Below are positions 30,701 through 43,866 of a stretch of 64,000 nucleotides of DNA, piece by piece. The notes below the pieces were generated by a model that had not been told where the DNA came from, did no database searches, and worked only from the letters and a program-made list of their open reading frames with translations. Within the stretch, counting starts at the first letter, position 1; the number at the start of each line of letters is the position of its first letter. The stretch comes from Priapulus caudatus (taxonomy: Eukaryota), in contig NW_014577087.1 in the NCBI RefSeq assembly GCF_000485595.1, forward strand, positions 482,303 to 546,302. Reading direction: 5' to 3'. Made by a program: the position numbers and the translations under genes.

Positions 30701-33700
30701 GTTTATAGTTTGGCTTCAGTAGGAGCTACCTTACCAAACATACAGGAATACAACCGATGGTTGTGACTGAATGCAACAAGCTGCAGGAAAAACATAAACT
30801 GTCGTTACAGTAGTTACTGCTATTACTTCAGCTTGTGCTTCTCCCGGGGAAGCAGAAGTCGTTTCACCTGTGGGCTCTGTTGGTATGGGTTGGTCAAAAC
30901 CCTCAAGGGCGCCTGTTAACAAATAAATATTTAGTACCACCTAGTGCATTAATATATACAATTATAGCATTCAATTTTGCATTTAAAATATATAACGGCT
31001 ATATTTTACCTAGCAGCAATTGAATATGTGATGCCTATACATTTAAGCTTAAGTTACACTATGCTGTCCTGACATTTTCAACCAATCTAGTACACTACCC
31101 TGCAATGGCTGTCTGTGGCCAGTGTTTTTAATATTACACCAAAAAATACTAATTATGACAGATAGTTAGGATCTATTTAGTACTAACATTATAATCTCCA
31201 TGTCCTGCATTAGTAAGATATTTCACTGTATATAGGATCAATTTTCTACTCCAAAAATGTCTCCAAAAACCACCTCGTGCTCCATAAGCTGAAGGTCAGT
31301 GTAGTGAACATAACAACAGCTAATATATTTATAGCTACAGTACACTACAGTATTAGTACAGTATTTTATAAACATAAGCAGAACAGCCTACAGTATGGTG
31401 TTAAGGGTTTATGAAATTGACCAAATTTTTGTGGGTTAAAATAATAAAGCAAACAAGGATGTTATAATATTGCTAACTTATAGCTGGTTTTATTGTGAGC
31501 ATATATACCTGCTAGTAGTGGTAAGGGCTATTAATAACATTATGAACCCACTTTTTGCAGATTGTTTTGTAAACTTGGGATGCATCTAATGCACCTTATA
31601 ATCTCATAATCTCGTAATAATAATTCTTAACAGTCCAAATGGTATAGATGGAATTCGACATCGTTTCTCTAAGGCCAAAACAATATATATGTGTGGTTAC
31701 CGTTACATGCCGGAAAAAAAATAGGGTAGGTAGGTAGGGAAAACATTTTATTTTCTTGAAATATTTTATTTACGAACCGTGTCCGAAGAATGTGCGTTGT
31801 GCCTTTTGAAGCAGGAACTGTCCAATTCATTTTTTATTTTATTTTTTTATTATTTTTTTGACTTTAAAGAAAATTTACAATAAAATGTTTAGGGTCGCTG
31901 GGAATAAATAGGGTCGGTCGGGAAACCGTAACCACACCTATATTTTGTTTTGGCCTTATCAGCAGTAATCAGTACGCTGAGAAGCAAGATCATAGATGGG
32001 ATATGAATTTCAACGTGTATAACCACAAGATTGAATGTGTAGAAACATCCTTGATCCTTGAACGAAGCTTCTTAACACGGTCCCCGCGGATCCACGAGTC
32101 AGCTCGTGGGAACAATCAAAACGCATCCCCGCGGATCCACGAGTCAGCTCGTGGATAGATTATTGGTTTTTGTTACTCTGACTTCCAACAGATGGCAAGA
32201 CCTACCTAGAAATTAAACAGGGACAGTCTATATTACCCCAGTCTTATACATTGCTTTACCATTGATTCGAACGTGAAATTAGAAGTTTTGAGACTCAAGG
32301 TAGACTGCGGTAGGCCTAGAAGGCGTAGATCAAAACAAGGTTTGTTTACCGTTTTCCTAACGGTATATAATATAATAACGGTGTAGTATATAAAATTTGA
32401 GGAATTTTTGCATGTAGAAACACAAAACAAGGTTCATACCTCACATATGTGTAAGCGGTGTCACATTTCTTACCGAGATAAAATAATAAACTGTCGACTG
32501 ATATCATAACAAACTCGCGAAAATCCACCGGTGCGGTGGCATTTGAGACAAAAATGCATGAAATGTCAGTTTTTGCCCCGTTTTAATATCAATATATTAT
32601 TATAAAGGGGAACGATTTTCATACTATTTGAATGTGTAAGCGTGAGATAACACTCATGCAGAGTAAATGTGTCAGTTTGGTTAGCTTTCCTGCAAAGGAA
32701 ATGTGGTAATTCAACAAATGAATGCGCGGTAAAAACGCAAAAATCCCGCGCAGGGCGCGCAGCGCAGGGCGCGCAGCGCAGGGCGGTAGGTGCATTAATT
32801 GTTAACACCGGCAGAGTTGAATGTGTTAAAGGCTGTATTGGCCTCTTGTATGTAGCACTTAAACATTAAAGGGATCGTTTACTCTAGGTTCTAGGGTTAT
32901 TTTCAGTTAATTTAGGTTAAAATTACGCTACATAAAAAGTTTCATGGTTCAATCACCATTAGAAATATTATTAAAAAATGTTTTAAAACTAACGACTACA
33001 GTTTGATTACAACGACGGTGGCGCCACTCAAAGCGCACGATCTGATAAGTTGCGCAAAACAACTTTTCAGCCAAGGACTACAGACCGAGGGTGTTTCTTA
33101 TTTATTAATTTAAAAGCAAAAGGATTGTAATATCTTATAAACGACATATAGTTTCAGTTATAATAAATTATGGATAAATTTGCCCTAAAATGAATATCGT
33201 TTGGTTAAATAGCATTTAGGTATAAATATAATTGCATTTTTGTGATTAGCCCTCGGTCTGCAACGTGCAAAATAAATTGTCAAATACGCAACTTTTTTGG
33301 GGTGGCAGCACGGTCGCGGGTGTCATGGCGCCGTTCAAATTTCGTAGCATTGATGTGTAACTAATTATAACAATTAAATTAGGTATCTGGTAACAAATAC
33401 GTGTGGGTATAGACGATTTGTTATACAGTAAGTACAGTTGTATGCATGAAAAATCCTAGAGTCTACTATCCCTTTAAACACAGCCTCATTGGGCTAGTCT
33501 AGATCACTTAACCAGGTTAAACACTTAACCAGCTGCCTATCATAATCATCAAACAAGCAACAAAACCTTGATTTTTCGGGACGTGTCGTACGTAGACTAA
33601 GTTAGTGTCACTGTCAGGATAGGGCCTGCGGCAACTGTACGCGAGCTATTAATAGTACTAGAGCTAGTGTAAGGATAAACCGACCAGGCTCTCCGACTGT

Positions 33701-33993
33701 TACACATCGTAGGACTAACCAACGTAGTGTTAAGCAAGAAGGGAACTAAGTCTTGTGGCTAGTGTGACTGTCAGGACAGATTGAAAGACACACGTTACAC
33801 CTTCGCAATATTACTAAAATAGTATAGTCTTAATTAATGGAAAGCAAATTATGTGATTAAGCAAAGAAGTTAACGTACTGTCCAACAATGCGTCTAATTC
33901 TTTATCGCTATTAGTAAGCTTGTTATCTGTTTGTGTTGCCGTGTTTGAATCACATGTTGGAGTTTTTGGAACTTCTGAATCGGCGCTCTCCAT
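27782..33993 (-). CDS. PEX19: Peroxisomal biogenesis factor 19 (peroxin-19), 8 coding exons, 318 aa
   Basis: Exons, all GT-AG and phase-consistent, 957 nt in total: 33879-33993, 30827-30912, 30327-30501, 29658-29743, 29208-29372, 28744-28920, 28299-28346, 27782-27886. Translation includes DKELDALLDSALEGFD (PEX3-binding helix), ELFEAESATQASEQFEKAM...QFQKL, MMQGLMRNLLSKDVLYPSLKEISSKYPAWL and MQELGHPP, and ends in the CaaX box CSVM-stop. The ATG is in a good context (caacATGg). Confidence 0.96.
31670..31958. mobile_element. MITE in PEX19 intron 1
   Basis: ~30-bp imperfect TIRs TAAGGCCAAAACAATATATATGTGTGGTTAC / GTAACCACACCTATATTTTGTTTTGGCCTTA. Confidence 0.7.
32870..33473. mobile_element. TTAA-flanked non-autonomous DNA transposon (Kolobok-like termini) in PEX19 intron 1
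   Basis: TIRs AGGGATCGTTTACTCTAGG / CCTAGAGTCTACTATCCCT (16/19 match), TTAA on both flanks. Confidence 0.65.
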
Positions 33994-35310
33994 GTTGACT
34001 GTATCGTATCGCCATCTACTGGCTCGTTTTGCCACTGCTCTCAATTTTTCGAGTTTCGACTCTCGTGTTTCTAAAAAGGAAATGCTGTCTGTCTACGTTC
34101 GGTACAGGGCGTGTAAACCAAAACGAGTTGAAAATGTTAAAATGCTCGATACTTATATATATATATATACATATATATATACGTATGATAATGATGCGCT
34201 CGGAACACATATAATTTATTGCGATATATTTCACAGGAACGCACGTACATGCGCACACACTGTGTGTGTTATAGCACATTCTACCCCATTTATATGCACG
34301 CACTCGGTGCGCACTCACACGTGAAAACATACGCTCGCACCTGCACACGAGCCCAGACCCACCCACGCACAGACCCACGCACGCATAGCTGCAAACACAT
34401 ACACTGACGCAGAGTGTTATATAGAAACATGGTATGTGAATCATGCGTAATTTTACACCTGATTGGCGTGTGAAATAACACCTGAGACGCAAGTGAAGTG
34501 AACGCCAATCGGCGTATAACATGTATAATTCCGAGAGAGCTAACGCCACCAAATTAACTTGCCTCGGTGTCAAGTTGTCAACTCACGTACAGTTAACAGA
34601 CACGCTAGACGCAACCTCGTTACCTTTACCCACCACCCCACTCCACCCGCTTAATACTTTACTTGCTTATTTCTCATATCCATAATTTGATTGTAATATT
34701 TCTTCTATCCGAAGAAAATGTCCGTAGGAACTCATCTTCGATTATTATATGGAGGATAATCATTGTGAAGTATTATTGAATCTGTTGTGAACGGAGTAGA
34801 CGTTACGAAACGTACCGTACGTACGCTTTATGATGGACGGATTGCTTTCACTACTCGAAGGAAAGCTGGTCTAAACTGATATTGTTCCGAGGTCATCACA
34901 GTTCGAATCGTATAATTTCTGAATAAAACTACAGGCCGCATATAGTGTAAGACCGTATCCTATTGAATACGGTCTTTGATATGCCTTGCACGCCTTTGCG
35001 CATGACGTCACAATCATGACTATCGTGGAGGTCGCGGAATGATTATGGCAATGGCATTGACATATCTCTTTAAAGAAACAGAAAAAAACCTTGCAGACTA
35101 ATATAAGAATGCATCGGAGCGGAACAACGCACAGCGATCTATGTCTCAATTACGAGCGCTCAATCTAGATTTTGATTGAAAAAATCATGCGTCCTGTGAA
35201 CAGTGGAATGGAGGCATCGATTTATTCGGTGACTTATATAATCTAGTTTCAAACGAGTGGGAAAAAAGTTGGTGGTATCTTGACCGCACTCCCTCTCTCA
35301 CTCCCTCGTA

Positions 35311-35343
<33 letters not shown>

Positions 35344-35378
35344 CCCTCTCTCTCTCTCTTTCTCTCTCTCTCTTTCTC

Positions 35379-35439
<61 letters not shown>

Positions 35440-35562
35440 ACCTCTTTCCCTAGCAGTTTTTTTGACTCACTTCTTCGCCTTTATTCTAAACTCTCTGTCA
35501 CGGTCTAATCTCTTAGTTCTCTCGATCTACTCTATATATTTATCTGGCCATGTTTTTTTCGT

Positions 35563-35597
<35 letters not shown>

Positions 35598-36516
35598 CCC
35601 TCCCTGTCTCGCTTTTCCATTTCTTTCTTTCCATTTCATTCTTTTACTCCGCCTCCCTCACCCACTCTCTCGACCTTCCCCTCACCCACTCTCTCGACCT
35701 TCCCCTCACTCTCTTTCTCTCTCTCTCTCTCTCCGGCCTCCCCTTCTCTCCTCCAGCGTGCACTCTCTCGGCAGCAGCCAGCCATGTAGCCCAGAGCTGT
35801 GCAGAGATCTGTCATGTACATTTCCCCTCTTTTATTCGATACGCACAGAGGCGTCCGTCCTTCGGCAGACATGTGGCGATGCACAGCCGACATTGCGCGA
35901 GGCCGCCGCCTGCGCACGTACGGCGAGAATGACCCGTAACGACGCAGCGGCGGCCCACACGGCAGGCTGCGCGATAGGATTACAAACGAACATGTGCGCA
36001 CCACTTGCGTGCGCGCGGCGACCGCTCTCGTGTTTTCACTGCTTCGCGAGGAGAGACCGTGCGAAGCGCGCTCGCACGCACACACACTCACGCAGCCTCG
36101 TCGTCCGCACATCACCCACGAACACAGCAAGAGAGAGAGAGGGAGAGAGCGCCACCGACCGCCGAAAAGAGACACGCCGACTCGCCACCACGCGAGACAT
36201 CAAGCCGAGAAGAATTCCCCCTCTCTCCGTCCCTCCGAGATTACGCCATCGTGTTGAGTAATCATTGCCCGGGGGGTAACGTGGATGTGTTTGGAGAGAC
36301 TCATCGCGCGGCGGGATCGCGGCGACTGCTGCGGTGGCATCCGGTGGCAGGGACTAGCCTGCGAGCAGTAGCAGCATAAACAGCTTCACGCAGTGCCCGC
36401 GTATTATAGGAGAGACTCGTGAACACAGAGTGTGGAAGATATAGCCGCTGTGTTTGCTTGCGTGTGTCTGTGATAACCCGGGCTGCACGCCGGAGGATGC
36501 GGAAAGAAGAGTGAAG
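33994..36516. promoter_or_regulatory. Divergent intergenic/5'UTR region between PEX19 and the mosaic gene
   Basis: Start codons face away from each other about 2.5 kb apart. CpG-rich stretch at ~35850-36400. CCAGTAGATGGCG (CTCF/YY1-like) on the minus strand at 34010-34022. TSSs not determinable. Confidence 0.45.
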
Positions 36517-36617
36517 ATGTTGAGATTTTTATTGACGATTGCTTTTCTCTGCGAACTGCTGTTGGTGGAACGGATCTGGGACGTACAAGCGCAGGATAAT
36601 GAAGTAGCAAGCTTGCG
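36517..36617 (+). CDS. Exon 1 of mosaic gene: signal peptide [25 protein letters not shown]
   Basis: aagATGt start followed by a hydrophobic core. The phase-2 donor CG|gttcgt joins ag|T GGG at 39942 to give ...LRGPHVC. The link across a 3.3 kb intron is inferred. Confidence 0.6.
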
Positions 36618-39600
36618 GTTCGTATATCTTGGCTATTTCTAAACTAAAATGCACTCCATACCCGCATCGGAGTTTAGTTTAGCCTCGACGATAACGACTA
36701 GGTTCGTCCTTGCAGCATGCCAAACTGAAATCTATCGGATATCTCGCGCTTAAAGAGTGTTGAATAATTAAACTAGTTTGCAACGTTTCAATTATGACAT
36801 ATAAATATACACATTACCAAGTGGCACAACACGGCAAGCGTAGGCCTACTATTTTACATATAGAAACAGATAGCAGATTGTTTATGATAAACGAACGACA
36901 TCTTTCGGGGCAAAATAGTTATTCTCTTTAGCATTAGATAGTTCGTAGCAAAAAGAATACTACGATGACATAATTGTTTCGCTCGATAATCTATCGGTCG
37001 CTGCCTGAGATTAACATAACTAAATGACTGTGATGTCCACGGAAAAAATAGGATGGTTCCTACGTCTCACATGCACCACATGTGACTGTTCGTGTGCATC
37101 TCCCGTTTGGCTCTGTTAAAAACTTAAAATTATATGGAAACGAGGCGTGTGGTGATCTCCTGAGTCTCCTCTAGTTTCATTCGTCAGTGACTTAATAGAA
37201 ATACATTCAATGTCTTAGATAATAATTTTAATAGTCGCGTAGTGAGTTCATTTTACTAGTCGCATGCAGAACGGTGACCCTGGAACCTACAAACGGCAGA
37301 CGAGACGTGGGGCACGGGATTGCCGCGTGACTGTTGTTACTGCAACGTGCCCGCGTCATACATACAATCGGACGCACGCACACACGCACGCACGCAGACA
37401 CCCACACAAGACAGGCGCTTGCGCGCAAACACAGCCCACACACACACTAGACACGGTACGACAGACACTCAGTACACAGTAGACACACATCGCCTACTCT
37501 CTCGTTCACATCACGCGCGCATCGCACACGGTGACGCACGCACGCAACGCCCGCGCACGCACGCGCGCACACACACACTGGCGCTGCGCGCACCTGCGAC
37601 GCACGCAAGCATCGCTGCCGCTGCTGACTACACAACACCCACGCCACGTCACACGCACAGGCCACGCCCGGCCACAGCACTGGCGCCGCAGCAGCACACG
37701 AACGCCAGCACAGCGCACGCAACGCGCGACATACACAGGCGCGTCGGTATGTTTACGGGGGCGATCCGGAAGTCAAAAAGCACAAATTCTGTCAACAAAT
37801 ATTTTTCGTACGTAATCGCCTGCGACGACCCGGAAGTCGGCCGACTGTCACCTGTCAACAACAACGCTCTTGTGACTTGCCCCGCCCACGACCGTAAACG
37901 CACCAACGCGTGTTCACCTCCTCCTCCTCCCACGACGTTTCTTTCTTAAGATTTACTGCTGGCACGGTGCCTAGATGCGGAGGCAAGCGGACGTGCGGCG
38001 ACCTAGCGCACCAACATCATGGGAGGACGACGACAGCCGCCCTGTCATCCATCACTTTCACCCACTAATCACCGCCGCCGTCGATTCACTTTTACTTTTG
38101 TACACGCAGTTTTTTTTCTCTCTTTCTCTCTCTCTTTCTCGACACATCTGACCTACTTACCCACTTGCGGACATCAAAACTTTCCCCTTCACTCTGAAAG
38201 CGTGCGCTGGCGTACTTCGGGCACAGGCAGGACAATGGATTCGAGCAATATAGGGCTGTGTGTATAAATCTCATGGCTATAATACGCAAAGAATATGGCA
38301 AGTGTCGGGCACCGATACACGTCGTGCGTTATACCCTTATTGTGCTGTACACAGAGTCGGAGTCACTAAACGAGTGCCATATTTATTTACGCACATTGAC
38401 ACGTTAATAATCGAATTTATTACAGGTTAAATTGCACCCGTACACGTATAGTTAAGTAAGGATTAATGAAGAACAAAATCAGTACGAACCGAGTGATCAA
38501 CAACAACATCGGGAGAGAATAAAAACAAACAACCGACAAATCAACAACAGACCAAAATCTGCAAACTGTATTTTTAATTGGTTTTTATTTACTCCTGATA
38601 ACATCAAAATATCAGCTGACAAAATTAGAAACCTTCCATTATAAATCTCCTACGAGGTTAACCCGCATAGACTGGTGCTCACGCCTCCTTTCTGTAACTT
38701 GTTATCAGGCAGCCCTCCATTTCTCTTACCGTTCCGACCCTTCGCAGCGTTGGTTGACTTGCGGCTGACCTGAACGCCACCCCGCGGGCGTAACCTGCCA
38801 TATTGCTGTTTAAGATGTAACATCACTTAGACGCAGGCGAGCCGTGTCGCACAATTACGTGCGCGTGACTTGCAGATAAAACGCGCCGTTCGAAAACCTT
38901 GGCTGGCGTGCACGTGAGCGACGGGAAGTACGTGCGCGCAATGCTAACCCGCGCCAGCCACCTCTGGGTCGGTCACAGCTTCATGGCTCCAACCGGGAGA
39001 GCACCGGAGGATGTATACGCAAGCAGCATCGCCAAGGTTATCTAGGTAGCAGGAGCCAGGCATCGCATGCCCGCGGGGGAAAGAACGCCGCTTGCGTGCG
39101 CTCGGATGGCCGCACGCTGAATGTCGATGAGGACACGGGTGTGAATACGAACGATGGTGGATATGCGAGCGCTAACGATTTTATCAATGAGGAACTTGCA
39201 GGACGTCAGTCGCTATGAGGGCTGATATGTGACGTTAAACGTCCAGAGTCTGCCTCGATTTGTAAAGAACGAGCTGAAGCGAGTTGAATGCGTTAGGCCG
39301 AAGCGTCCAATAAGAGCCTGTGCAATATATATTCTGACATAAATATATTTCGCCGGCAATGTCACGAAAGATCTAATAAATATATTGTGACTGATTGGGT
39401 CTTTGTAATACGTTGCCTGGCTGCACAATAGAGAAAGGAAGCCCGCGTGTGGATTCCAAATGAATAGAAAATATGAATGGAAAAAGTAGGAACGCAATTA
39501 TAGCCGAACATATTGTTCAGTTTATATTAAATATTCAGATTAACACGTTATTTATTCTTGTCAACGTAACCATACTTTATAATATACATACTTTTATATA

Positions 39601-42600
39601 GTAATTAGTATTTAGTATTTACATATATCAGTCTATATATATATATATATATATATTCCCGACGATCTATCTATATATATATATATCGTATTTACACACA
39701 CGCGCGCACACACACACGCACACGCACGCGCACGCGCACGCGCACGCGCACGCGCACGCACGCACGCACGCACGCACGCGCGCACACGCACACGTACACG
39801 CACACGCACACGCACGCACGCACGCACGCACGCCCGCATGGCACGCACGCACGCACGCACGCACGCCCGCATGCACGCACGCACGCACGCACGCACGCAC
39901 AAATATATATATATAGTATATATACTCATATTATATTTTAGTGGGCCACATGTTTGCACCGATGACAACTCTACCTATTGCTGCCCGGGATGGGAAACTG
40001 CGAATGGTGGCAAGGAATGCTCGCAGCGTACGTATGCACAGTGACGCGGTTTCTTCCAATGCGAAAATGTCGTAAAACTACGACAAGATAATGGTGTAGG
40101 GCGCCCGTGGAAGCTCTAGGGGGGTCTATAGGTTCATAATTACTGCCTCCATGGTTACTCTGCTCACGAGCAGATGCCGACACATATGTAGACTTAAATA
40201 TAGTCAAGAATATAATGATATATGATATATAGAATGTATATTCGATGTCCAGATTCGTCTAAACATGCGATGCATGCATGATCGATGCTTGATCGATGCC
40301 CGATCGATGCCTGATCGATGCCCGATGTCGATGCATGCATCAATAATCTATAACGTGTTGATGAACCAAACACGTATCGCCTGTAATGACTTTCTTTCGA
40401 TGGTCATGTTTGATGTAGCTATATGCAGTACACCGTGCCATCCCGGAATTTGCGTTGGTCCCAATGTTTGCGACTGTCCCGGCGCGGGAGCAGCAGCAGG
40501 CTGCTTTCACAGGAAGACGATAATGACACCCAAGATCACCGAGCTGCAGGTAGGTGGCAGTAGCATCGCGGTCATACAGCGCGTAATCGCGTCGCTGTAG
40601 TTGTACTTGGGTTTATTGCCCGATAGCGTGCGATTGCTTGGTATTGAAGAAATTATTGAAGAAATGTTACAGTCTCCTATCTCGCTCTCTCCCCGTCTCG
40701 CATTCTCACGACTTTGTGCGCCCGCTCTACTCCCCCTCTCTTCTTCTCTATTTATCCAACTACTCTATCACTCTCTCTCTCTCTCCCTCTCGTCATTCAC
40801 ATACAAACGCGCATGCATGCTCTAGCACAAAAATAGCCTCCACGATTACCCATAACTCACTGTCTTTTTGCGATCTCACTACTTGCTATGCGCGCAATGC
40901 GATGCCCACGTGAACGCATCACCTTAAACCTGAGAGGCAACGTGACGTTTTATTGATACTGATACAGGAACTTCATGAGAATTCGACGCAGACGAGGCTG
41001 GGCTATATAGCAAAGTTAATGACCGACATCCGGTGCCCACAAGGCTACACGTACAACGATACAGACCAAATATGTCACGGTACATACTAATAATGTCATT
41101 GTCATTCCGTACGTGTCTGAAATTATTCAGAGAATTTAGCTCTGGCAATGGCTATATAATAATTTCGATAACCGGGTGAATTAAACATGGGAATAATACA
41201 TGTTCTTTGGACCAAGAGTTTATGTTGTTGAAACAGTAACACGTAAAAATAAAAATATGATGAGAAAAACAATCAAAAGGTGATAAATTCTTACGTAGTC
41301 ATTTCTCAGTATTTGAAATATATATCTACAGTAAGGGGACCTGTTGAACTAAAGTAGATTTGCATGTAGAAGTGAGTATACATGCATTGCATGCGAAAAC
41401 AACACCTTTAGTACCCGTTCGTGGCGAGGAGTTGAAACAAGGAATGAACTCAAATATCATTATTATTATTATTATTATTATTATTTCCAAAGTGGCATTA
41501 GCCGGTGGCTTCTGGGTTGGCCGTGTCCCAATCTGGGACATAGGGATTCAATTCAGAATTTTTCGCAGGATGTGTGCTGTTCCTAGTAGTGCGATTATTA
41601 TTATTACTATTATTAATATTATTATTATGATATTACTTTATTAGCGATAAAATAACACGCATCTCTACATCGCTGTTTAATTAATGACACATTGGCTATC
41701 ACGCAGATATTATTGAGTGTGAGGAGGCGGTGCAGCCGTGCCATCAAATCTGCATCAACACGCCGGGAAGCTACTACTGCGCCTGTCAGCGAGGGTTCGT
41801 GCTGCACAGTAACGGCCTGTCCTGTGTCGGTGAGTGAGGTTAGCTTGGCGCGTGTGACAAGCAAGCAGCAAACCGAGTTCTCAGCCATCGACGCCGCATA
41901 TACGCGTGCTAATGGACGTTACGTCGGTAGTTTGACATACGGCCCGATTCGGCTGTCAACTTTCATTTTTTCTGGCTAGCAGAACCACTTGTCTTTTTGC
42001 GCCACCTTTTCAGAAAGCCTTGAACTTTCTATAGCTCTTTCCGTACTCAGCAATCTCTTTACCTCACTAAACGTATTGAGTAAGATTACGCCGCACACAG
42101 TTCGCGCTGCTTTTTTTATTCGCAATGTAGAATCACGGGAAACATTACACTGAAGTCCGGGTCCGCGAAACGAATGTAGCTTGCACTTAGCAATGCCGAC
42201 GGGGGTTTGCAATGATTTTGATGCGGGCTGAAGGGAGCGATGCCAGGCGAGATCCGTGCGTGTGTGTTTGTGTGTGTGCGTGCGTGCGTGGGTATATGCG
42301 TGCGTGCGTGCGTGTAGAGGCGTAGTTCACGCTCGGCGATGCGGTCGGTAGCTCGCGCAGCAGCCCGGCGTGATCTGTCAGTATTGCCTTCGGTCACCGA
42401 GGAAGTTACCGCTTAATTATGTGAGCGCACACACTACACCTAGATACATCGGTACGGCCAATGTTCTATGTACGGTATATATATTTATATATATATATAT
42501 ATATTTATATATATTATAATATATATATGCGCACACGTACGCACGCAAGCACATACGCACAAACACATACAACTAAAGGCGCACGCGCACGCGCACGCAC

Positions 42601-43126
42601 ACACACACACCCGCACGCACGCAGACGTAAACACATACACACGCACGCACGCAGACGCGCACACACGCGCGCGCATGCAGAAATGCACGTGTCGCAGTGA
42701 TTTAACCGGAAACGAAGGCGCTCAGTAGCGCAGCACGTGTTCCTGTTTTGCCACGCGGCCCTATTCCTGCCCGAGCCCCGACCTGCCCGAGCCCCGACCA
42801 TTTAGAGGCCAGAACACGCCCGGCCGATTACGGATGATGTGCCTGGTCCGCGGAAGGCGTAGCCTGCATTCGGCCTGCTCACGGGGGTTAGCATAATGCA
42901 GACGTGAATCAGCGTTTCCCAGGGCATCGTTGGCCTGTGCGGGGCGGGGGGGCGGGGGTTTATTGTTGACCACAATGTGATGTTGGTTGGGTAAACATTG
43001 CCCTCCACTTCGCATGTCCACCAGACTTGGAGAGAAATTGAGCGATATTAGAAGGAAGCTCTGACATGTAAATTGACAGTCAGAGTAAGAGCAGAGAGAG
43101 GTGGTAGGGAGAGAAAAATAGGGAAT

Positions 43127-43162
<36 letters not shown>

Positions 43163-43832
43163 GAAGAGAGAGAGAGAGAGAAAAAAGGAAGTAGCGACGA
43201 AAAAGATTGATAGAGAGTTGGCGGAGAAGAGAGGGAAGACGACAAGATAGAGATACTGACAGAGAGGTAGAGCAAAAGAAAAAAAGTTAGCAAAATAGTC
43301 ATGGCAAGAAAGAAAAGAGCAGGAGGCAGAGCGTGGGGAGAGGGGGGCTGATAAATAGTAACTTGCATCTAAGAAGAAAATAGGGCATATTCACCACTAT
43401 GAAGATACAGCGATATGACAAGGTAGCCCACTTAAATCAGTGAGGCTAAAATGGGTCGTAATCCCAAAGGATGGCACATCATATATGACGGCGTATATAC
43501 TCCATAAATGCTGGAATAATTATTCGATGCCAGTTCGTTCGAAATCGAAACATAGTGTGAACTAATATCGTTTTCTTTTCTTATTGATCTCTCTGGCGTG
43601 ATGGTGATGTCAACAGACACGACGAGGCTACGCACCTGCGCGCGGCGACGCACTTGTGCTGCCACCGACCTATGCCACAACACTTACGGCAGATACCGAT
43701 GCAGCCTGTCACAATGGCTTCCAATGTCGCCGAGGATGCGGCGCACCTGCACAGGTAGGCGACAAGCATACCACACACACGCTTCACGGTCACGCCACCC
43801 TTCACACGCCACGCACACACGCACGCAAGCAG

Positions 43833-43866
<34 letters not shown>

